Shown: positions 24,601-30,866 of the stretch, one piece after another | How positions within the stretch are numbered: the first letter of the stretch is position 1 | Layout: every line of letters starts with the position of its first letter | Assembly: GCA_040755315.1 (NCBI GenBank) | Contig: JBFMBF010000014.1 | Span: 1 to 30,866 of the forward strand | DNA: 30,866 nt | Direction: 5' to 3' | From: Candidatus Hadarchaeota archaeon | GTDB lineage: Archaea; Hadarchaeota; Hadarchaeia; Hadarchaeales; Hadarchaeaceae | The notes under the pieces: model-generated | What the model saw: the letters and a program-made list of their open reading frames with translations, nothing else | Told to the model about the DNA's origin: nothing | The model's database searches: none | Made by a program: the position numbers and the translations under genes

Positions 24601-25794
24601 ATGTTGATTAATGAGGAAATCGTGAAGTTGGCCGGGCTAGAGGAAAAATCCCTGATTTTGCTCAGCGAGCCGGACAGGGTAATCCACTTCAGGCTCCGCG
24701 AGCATGTCCCGCCCGGCTACAAGGTTTTGCACGCTTACGTGGTTTACCACAACTCAGCTAGGGGTCCACCTTGCAAGGGAGGGGTTAGAATGGCAAGTCA
24801 TGTCACATTGGAGGAGACGACCCAGCTTGCCGAGATAATGACTTACAAAAACGCGCTGATGGATTTACCGTTTGGAGGGGGGAAGGCAGGTATAGCTGCC
24901 CCAAGCGATCTGCCTTCAGAACAAAAGAAAGTAATAATGGAGGGCTTCGCCCACGAGATTAGGTACGAACTCATTTCCGGGAATTACGTGCCCGCGCCGG
25001 ACCTCGGGACTGGACCTAGGGAGATGGCCGCCATCTTTGCAGAGACCCACCTCAGGGAGTGCGTGACAGGAAAGCCGGTTGGAATCGGGGGGCTGCCCGG
25101 CAGAGAGGAGGCCACCGGTTATGGAATTTCCGTGGTTGTTGAGCGGGCCGTGAAGGAGTTCCTTAAGAAGGAACTACGGGACGTGACGGTGGCCGTGCAG
25201 GGATTCGGGAACGTGGGGAGTTGGACATGCAGTTTCCTGGCCGAGAAGGGAGTAAAGGTAGTTGGGGTGACTGACAGCAAAGGGGGGGTGATAAACAGGA
25301 ATGGAATAAACATCGCGGAGCTCAGGAAGTGGGTGAAAGAGCGCGGATCCCTTAAAGGATACAAAGGGATCGAGCTCAGCAACGAGGAACTTTTCAAGCT
25401 TGACGTGGACATCCTCATTCCCGCGGCCACCGGCGGCGTAATCAACGAGACAAACGTTGGGACGGTCAATGCAAGTCTTGTGATAGAGGGGGCCAACGCT
25501 CCGACAACCAAGGCGGCGGACGATATCCTCAAGAAAAAAGGCGTGGTTGTTGTCCCGGACATCCTCGCGAACGCCGGTGGAGTGGTCGCCAGTTATGACG
25601 AGTGGAGAAAGGGGAAGTCGGGGAGCAAGACAAAGAAGGAGGAAACTTACGCAACGATAAAAGGAACGCTTCTTGAGGTCTTCGACGAAGTTCTGGACAC
25701 CTCATCCAAAGAAAACATCTCGCTGAGGAAGGCTGCCCTGCTGACGGCGACAAACAGGCTCGTCGATACAATGAGAGGAAGAGGTTGGCTCTAA
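24601..25794 (+). CDS. gdhA: Glutamate dehydrogenase (Glu/Leu/Phe/Val dehydrogenase family)
   Basis: 'KGGVR', 'MTYK', 'PFGGGK', 'PAPD', 'VTGKP', 'ATG', 'QGFGNVG', 'EGANAP', 'PDILANAGGV..SY'. Start set at ATG 24601. Confidence 0.88.
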   Translation: MLINEEIVKLAGLEEKSLILLSEPDRVIHFRLREHVPPGYKVLHAYVVYHNSARGPPCKGGVRMASHVTLEETTQLAEIMTYKNALMDLPFGGGKAGIAAPSDLPSEQKKVIMEGFAHEIRYELISGNYVPAPDLGTGPREMAAIFAETHLRECVTGKPVGIGGLPGREEATGYGISVVVERAVKEFLKKELRDVTVAVQGFGNVGSWTCSFLAEKGVKVVGVTDSKGGVINRNGINIAELRKWVKERGSLKGYKGIELSNEELFKLDVDILIPAATGGVINETNVGTVNASLVIEGANAPTTKAADDILKKKGVVVVPDILANAGGVVASYDEWRKGKSGSKTKKEETYATIKGTLLEVFDEVLDTSSKENISLRKAALLTATNRLVDTMRGRGWL

Positions 25795-25812
25795 AGACGG
25801 GCATGTTCAGAG

Positions 25813-26298
25813 TCATGTTTTGCTTTTTTTCAAAATTTTTACAAAAGATGTTATCTTGCCTTCGTAATTTCCGATCTTTATTTCTTTTGAACTCACGCCA
25901 ACCCGCCCGATGATGACAGATTTTTTCGTCAGCCGCTCCACCTCCGCAAGTGGTTTTTCCACGTGGTCGCCTCCAGCCGTACAAAAAATACCCACTTTCT
26001 TTTTAGCCCAATTGTGGTTCGTCAGATAAGTCCGAACGGCTGGCGCAATGTTGTTCGCCCATGCTGGTGTTCCAACAACCACCAAATCGTATTTTTCCGG
26101 ATTTTTCTTCACTTCAATTTTTGTCAGCTTCTCACGCTTGGCGTCCATCCCTGCAGCAAGCCACCTGATTGGCCTAAGCCCCAGCCTTTTTTTCAGGTCT
26201 ATGATTTCGTCAGAATCAGCGTTCAGATGTTTTGCGATGGTTTCCCCGACTTTTTTGGTCGTGCCAGTTCTGGAATAGTATGCAACGAGTATTTTCAT
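25813..26298 (-). CDS. Flavodoxin family protein
   Basis: FMN phosphate loop 'YYSRTGTT', 'GTPAW', 'FCTAGG'. Confidence 0.88.
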   Translation of the reverse strand: MKILVAYYSRTGTTKKVGETIAKHLNADSDEIIDLKKRLGLRPIRWLAAGMDAKREKLTKIEVKKNPEKYDLVVVGTPAWANNIAPAVRTYLTNHNWAKKKVGIFCTAGGDHVEKPLAEVERLTKKSVIIGRVGVSSKEIKIGNYEGKITSFVKILKKSKT

Positions 26299-26383
26299 TC
26301 TGTAGCCGTCTCCCGTCTGTAATTTAGACCTTCATTGCACATACATATTTTATTAATCAAACATGTTGTAAATAGTGGTCCCC

Positions 26384-28036
26384 ATGGCTGAGAACATTGC
26401 GGAAAAAATGTCCGAAGCGATGCGCGAAGTCTCGGTTGCCGAGTTTTTTGAAAAAAACAGGCACCTTCTTGGGTACGAAAACCCTACCAAGGCGCTGATA
26501 ACAGTGGTAAAGGAGCTTTTGGACAATTCTCTGGACGCGGCCAACGAAGCCGGCATTTTGCCCACAATAAAAATAAACGTTGCGTCCATTTCCGAAGACA
26601 AGTTCAAAGTCACGGTCAAAGACAATGGCCCGGGAATAAGGGACGACAAGGTGCCATATGCATTCGGCAAGCTGCTTTACGGCAGCAAATTCTATCGGCT
26701 CCTCCAGTCCCGCGGGATTCAAGGGCTGGGTGGTCACGGCGCGGTGCTTTACTCGCAGCTGACGACGGGGCGGCCGGCGAAGATCACCACAAGCATCGGC
26801 AAGAAGACCCATTATTTTGAGATGGTGATCAACGTTTCGGAAAACGAGCCGCAGATTCTCAGGCATGAGGTTATGGAAAATCCAGAAGGCTGGCATGGCC
26901 TGAAGATTGAGTTGGAGCTGGAGGGCAGGTACGTTGAAGGCAAACAGTCCATGCTTGAGTACATAAAACAGACCCACATGGCTAACCCCTATTCGCAAAT
27001 AACATTTGATGGCCCGAATGGGAAATCAGTTTACAAAAGATTGTTAAGCAAAATGCCGAAGCAGCCGAAGGAAATAAAACCGCACCCTTATGGCGTGGAA
27101 ATCGGCGTTTTCAGAAGGATGCTGGCCGCGACCAAAGCCAAGACTGTGACAACTTTTCTCACAGAGGATTTTTCCAGGGTGGGCAAAAGGTCCGCGCTTC
27201 AGATTCTGAAAGCCGCAAAGGTAGAACCCAAAAAGAAACCACTTGAGGTTTCGCACGAAGAATCGGAAAGAATCCACAAGGCTATACAAAACGTGAAGCT
27301 AATCGCCCCCCCAACCGATTGCCTGTCGCCTCTTGGAGAAAAGCTTCTGGAGGAGGGGTTGAAAAAAGACACCGGCGCGGAATATGTAGTCGCGGTTACA
27401 CGGCCGCCGAGCGTTTACCGCGGCAATCCATTTCTTGTCGAGGTGGCGATGGGATATGGAGGAACTCTCGCCGCAGATCAAACAGCGCAGTTGTTCAGGT
27501 TCGCGAATAAAGTGCCGTTGCTGTACCATCAGTCGGACTGTGTTACAACCGAAGCCGTGAAGGAAGTCGATTTCAGGAGGTATGGATTCAGCCAGCCGTC
27601 CTCATCGCTGCCAGCCGGCCCTCTGGCAATACTGGTGCACTTCGCGTCAGTGTGGGTACCTTTCACATCGGAGGGCAAGCAGGCAATAGCAAACTACCCG
27701 GAAATTTTGAGGGAAATAAAGCTCGCCTTGCAGGACGCGGGAAGGAAGTTGGGCTCGTATGTGAACCAAAAGGTCCGGCAGACGCAGATGCAGTTAAGAA
27801 AGGAGCTGTTTGAAAAGTACTTGCCTGAGCTTGCCGAGTCCTTGGCGAAGCTGACCGGCAAAAGCAAAGATAAAATTATCAGAGACTTGGAGAAGATAAT
27901 GACAGAAAAAGATGTTAGGGGCGAGGAAAAATCAGAGGCCGCCGAAAAAGATGTTGAGGGAGTGAAAAAATCCGAGGAGGGAGAAATAGATGAAGACGTC
28001 GGACGCGAGGAAAAATCTGAAGAAGCTGGGCAATGA
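26384..28036 (+). CDS. top6B: DNA topoisomerase VI subunit B
   Basis: GHKL motifs 'KELLDNSLDA' and 'DNGPGI', plus 'KPHP.G', 'RFANKVPL', 'VPFTSEGK'. Start set at ATG 26384. Confidence 0.96.
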   Translation: MAENIAEKMSEAMREVSVAEFFEKNRHLLGYENPTKALITVVKELLDNSLDAANEAGILPTIKINVASISEDKFKVTVKDNGPGIRDDKVPYAFGKLLYGSKFYRLLQSRGIQGLGGHGAVLYSQLTTGRPAKITTSIGKKTHYFEMVINVSENEPQILRHEVMENPEGWHGLKIELELEGRYVEGKQSMLEYIKQTHMANPYSQITFDGPNGKSVYKRLLSKMPKQPKEIKPHPYGVEIGVFRRMLAATKAKTVTTFLTEDFSRVGKRSALQILKAAKVEPKKKPLEVSHEESERIHKAIQNVKLIAPPTDCLSPLGEKLLEEGLKKDTGAEYVVAVTRPPSVYRGNPFLVEVAMGYGGTLAADQTAQLFRFANKVPLLYHQSDCVTTEAVKEVDFRRYGFSQPSSSLPAGPLAILVHFASVWVPFTSEGKQAIANYPEILREIKLALQDAGRKLGSYVNQKVRQTQMQLRKELFEKYLPELAESLAKLTGKSKDKIIRDLEKIMTEKDVRGEEKSEAAEKDVEGVKKSEEGEIDEDVGREEKSEEAGQ

Positions 28037-29072
28037 TGTGGTTGAGCAGATAGAGAAAAAGCAAAATCCGGCCCTGGATGTGCCGATAAGGTCATTGTCA
28101 AACATCAAGTTCAACCTAGAGACCAAAAGGATAGAAATGGGGCAGGCGGTGGCCAAGCGTTATTTTTTCAACATTGCCCACGTAAAAAAATTCACCCAGA
28201 CGGTAGAAGTGGCAGCTCTTAGCAAAGAGCTGCTGGACGTGAACAAACACCTTAGCCTGAGGGAAGCTTACTACAGGATGAAAAGGACGCTGCCAAACTC
28301 CAACATAAACATTGTCGATGACCAAGTTGAATCAAATCAAGCGATAGAAGACCTCGAGCTCATAGCGGACGCCTCAAGAGAGCAATTGCACGTGAACGCG
28401 AACAAGATGGGTTCCGTCGCCGGCAATGTCGTCATCGAAGACAAAGGCGACCTTGTAGATTGGAGCAAGCTCGGCTCCGGGGGGTGGGCCATCCCGAGTA
28501 ATGTGGAGGAGATACTTTTCAAAAAGGTGAAAGCGAAGTTCGTAATTTACATGGAAAAAGCGGCTGAGTGGGAACGGCTGCACGAAGACCGCGTTTGGGA
28601 GAAGCTGAACTGCCTGATAATGAGCTCCCAGGGGCAGGCCACAAGGGGCGTCAGGAGGCTGCTGCAGCGGCTGCACCTGGAACATAAATTGCCGATTTAT
28701 GTGCTGGTGGATGGTGACCCCTGGGGGATATATATTTATTCTGTCCTAAAATTTGGCTCGATAGGTCTCGCCCACATCTCCGAGAGGCTGGCCATCCCGG
28801 GCTGTAAGATGCTGGGCTTGACGGCTGACGATGTAACTGAGTACGACTTGAAAAAACATCTCATCAAGTTTGAAGAGGTTGATTTGAGAAGGCTGGAGCA
28901 GGTCAAGAACTACGACTGGTTCAAAAACAATAAGGAATGGCAGAGGCAGTTCAAGCTGTGGAAGGAGTTGAACGGCAAGGTGGAGCTGGCGGCGCTGTCG
29001 TCCAAAGGCATCACCTTCATTTCGGACAATTACATACCAAACAAGATCAAAAACAAGCAGTGGCTGGATTAA
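27990..29072 (+). CDS. top6A: DNA topoisomerase VI subunit A
   Basis: Catalytic 'REAYY', Toprim 'MEK' and 'DGDPWG'. Confidence 0.96.
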   Translation: MKTSDARKNLKKLGNDVVEQIEKKQNPALDVPIRSLSNIKFNLETKRIEMGQAVAKRYFFNIAHVKKFTQTVEVAALSKELLDVNKHLSLREAYYRMKRTLPNSNINIVDDQVESNQAIEDLELIADASREQLHVNANKMGSVAGNVVIEDKGDLVDWSKLGSGGWAIPSNVEEILFKKVKAKFVIYMEKAAEWERLHEDRVWEKLNCLIMSSQGQATRGVRRLLQRLHLEHKLPIYVLVDGDPWGIYIYSVLKFGSIGLAHISERLAIPGCKMLGLTADDVTEYDLKKHLIKFEEVDLRRLEQVKNYDWFKNNKEWQRQFKLWKELNGKVELAALSSKGITFISDNYIPNKIKNKQWLD

Positions 29073-29095
29073 TTTTTCTCGCCGGGGACCAGAAG

Positions 29096-29623
29096 CTACC
29101 TTCTCGGGCCGTAGCTCCTCATTTTTTTCTTTCTCTGCAGGAACCTGTAGACTGTCGTGTGCTCAGACCCCTTGAGGAGCATCTCTATGGCCTCCCTTGA
29201 GACGGAGATTTGTTCGGCCGTCCCGATCACCGCCACGGTTTTTCCGTACACAGAAATATGGGTCCCGGTCTCCCTCTCCATGGCCTGCCTGGCCTTGCCT
29301 TCCTCGCCTATCAGTCTTCCCCTCATTCTCTTCAGAGTCTTTTCGGAGCCGCCGACGTAGTCCCTGATGTCCAGGACGTCCATGAACTGGTCCTCCTCAA
29401 AAAGTTTGAAAGCCCGCTCGGGGCTGAAGCCGCGCGAGATGGCTTTGAGCACATCGGAGGCTTTCAGGGCCCCCAAAGGGTCGGCCACGGCGTCAATCTT
29501 GACCTCTCCAGTTTCGCTGTCAAAAGTGATTTTAGACCCGGTTCTTTTTTCTATCTCCCGTTTGACCGAACCGTCTGGGCCTATCGCGGCGCCAATCCTT
29601 TCTTTTGGTATTCGTATGTACAT
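29096..29623 (-). CDS. Two-KH-domain RNA-binding protein (archaeal Dim2/Pno1-like)
   Basis: 'IPKERIGA.IG..G', 'RGFSPE.A', 'GRLIG..G', 'ISVYGKTV', 'GS.H..VY.FL'. Confidence 0.92.
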   Translation of the reverse strand: MYIRIPKERIGAAIGPDGSVKREIEKRTGSKITFDSETGEVKIDAVADPLGALKASDVLKAISRGFSPERAFKLFEEDQFMDVLDIRDYVGGSEKTLKRMRGRLIGEEGKARQAMERETGTHISVYGKTVAVIGTAEQISVSREAIEMLLKGSEHTTVYRFLQRKKKMRSYGPRR

Positions 29624-29634
29624 CCGCGCACCAC

Positions 29635-30210
29635 TCAGCGGCGGTGGCTGTCTTTGAAGGCAAGGCTTTCCGATGGCTCCAGCCTTCCGGAGTACTTTCC
29701 TTTAATGTCGTCGTAACCCATTTTTGCGGCCTTGTCCATCGTGTAGAAAAGGAGCTGGCACACCCTCATGCCGGGATAGAGCTTGACCGGGGATGGGTTC
29801 ATGTTGAGTATCTCAAGGGTCACCGGAATCGGGCTTTTTTTGCCCGAGCCAGGGTTCACATGCCCGGACGAGATGTGGATGAAAACGCCCATCCTTGCGA
29901 TGGAGGACCTGCCCTCTATCGATGCCACTAGATCGTTGGGCACAGCCACCCTTTCTTTCGTGACTCCGAGCACAAGTTGTCCGGACTGAAGCACGAACGG
30001 CTTGCCTTTTGTATCGATCAGGCGGGTGTTTCTCTTTATCGACTTTTGGTCATGCGGGTCGACCACGCCGTCCCCCCTGAATATCCTGAAGCTGCTCCCC
30101 AGGCGCAGGTCCACTTGGCTTGGTCCTATTAGCTTCTCATCAAAAGGATCAATTACAATTTCTCCGATTTTAACGTATGCGCGGATTTGCTCTCCAGACA
30201 GTACTGACAT
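29635..30210 (-). CDS. dcd: dCTP deaminase family protein
   Basis: 'VDLRLG', 'EGRSSIARMG', 'TLEILN', 'LYPGMRVCQL', 'KYSG'. Start set at ATG 30210. Confidence 0.88.
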   Translation of the reverse strand: MSVLSGEQIRAYVKIGEIVIDPFDEKLIGPSQVDLRLGSSFRIFRGDGVVDPHDQKSIKRNTRLIDTKGKPFVLQSGQLVLGVTKERVAVPNDLVASIEGRSSIARMGVFIHISSGHVNPGSGKKSPIPVTLEILNMNPSPVKLYPGMRVCQLLFYTMDKAAKMGYDDIKGKYSGRLEPSESLAFKDSHRR

Positions 30211-30366
30211 GGAGGTCAATGAAGACTGATTTCAACCCCACAAAAGTGTTGCGGTGGGAATGTCATGAAGCTTGGAACTCGTTTTATTGGCGCAGCGCTA
30301 AAAACATCGCCTCTAAACAGGAAAATTTTATATTTCATCAGCCCCATGAATTTTACAGGAAAGATA

Positions 30367-30591
30367 ATGGCTCTATCCGAAGAACACTACAAGCAACTGG
30401 TGAAGTTTGCTAACTCTCAGATAGACAAGGCGCCGTTTCTGGTAAAAGACATAGCTAGATCCAAAATCAGAGATACACTTGCATCGAACACTTCTGATTC
30501 TTTGCTTGCCGATGCCCCTTTCATCTTGGACCATACTGTACGGGAAGTCTTGGATGCTCTAATTGATGCTGTGAAGAAGGGAGATATTTAA
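30367..30591 (+). CDS. Small alpha-helical hypothetical protein (74 aa)
   Basis: MALSEEHYKQLVKF…KKGDI. TATA-like TTTTATAT at about 30326-30333. Start chosen at ATG 30367. Confidence 0.6.
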   Translation: MALSEEHYKQLVKFANSQIDKAPFLVKDIARSKIRDTLASNTSDSLLADAPFILDHTVREVLDALIDAVKKGDI

Positions 30592-30746
30592 ATAGGGGCA
30601 TCACGATTTTCCTCAGCTTCACGTACCCGCGGGCCTGCTTTCCAGATAGGACGGTCACGTGAACCCTTGAAGCCGCATTTTGGCCTGAAAAACCCCGTGA
30701 TTTGCTTGAACCTGCGAGGCGAGAACTGGTAAGAGTATTTATTAAG

Positions 30747-30866
30747 CTAAGTTGTGTATGTTGAGTTATATTTTCTGAGGAAACTTCTTGTAGCGGCGCC
30801 AAGCGCTATGTAGTCAGAATGGCAGCGATTGGTGCCGACCGCTGCGGACAGTCTTTTGTTGACAAG
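30747..30866 (-). CDS. Possible 3' end of a gene entering from the right edge (…LVNKRLSAAVGTNRCHSDYIALGAATRSFLRKYNSTYTT*)
   Basis: Open frame from the window edge to TAG at 30747-30749, followed by AT-rich sequence. Only 39 aa are visible. Confidence 0.3.
   Translation of the reverse strand, partial: LVNKRLSAAVGTNRCHSDYIALGAATRSFLRKYNSTYTT

Noticed and set aside
30521..30802. 93-aa minus-strand ORF
   Set aside because: It overlaps the 74-aa plus-strand gene, crosses an AT-rich intergenic-looking tract, and has no motif or RBS.
1..30866. CRISPR array, rRNA, IS element or prophage
   Set aside because: No regularly spaced direct repeats, terminal inverted repeats with a transposase, rRNA-like sequence or virion genes were seen by eye.

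Overview
A compact archaeal chromosomal segment. Archaeal markers are topoisomerase VI A/B, deoxyhypusine synthase, Thi4, a KH/Dim2-like protein, a PGF-pre-PGF domain protein, an archaeal-type ThrRS editing domain, TATA-type promoters and GGAGG/GGTGA/GGGGAT ribosome-binding sites. The gene set suggests an anaerobe, possibly of an uncultured lineage such as Hadarchaeota; this is inference only. Other contents are tRNA-Cys(GCA), ksgA, nth, panB, dcd, minD, a Ski2/HelY-type helicase, a four-gene group 3b [NiFe]-hydrogenase operon, glutamate dehydrogenase, flavodoxin and several surface proteins. I see no CRISPR array or mobile element. The most striking element is an 821-aa ORF (22087-24552) that fuses a complete W/Mo-pterin aldehyde:ferredoxin oxidoreductase to a C-terminal 3-hexulose-6-phosphate synthase domain of the Fae-Hps type. 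It could be a device that oxidises the formaldehyde released by the reverse RuMP pathway. Other highlights: a 54-aa face-to-face/DUF1931-like histone missing from the ORF track (20866-21030); a shared palindrome ATAAC-nGC-GTTATAA linking a Cys/His-rich HTH regulator to the promoter between a THUMP-less ThiI and tRNA-Cys; a probable ATC start codon; a natural Cys-to-His Fe-S ligand in endonuclease III; a dCTP deaminase with an altered active-site motif; and several micro-ORFs. All family calls come from motif recognition by eye; no database searches were run.
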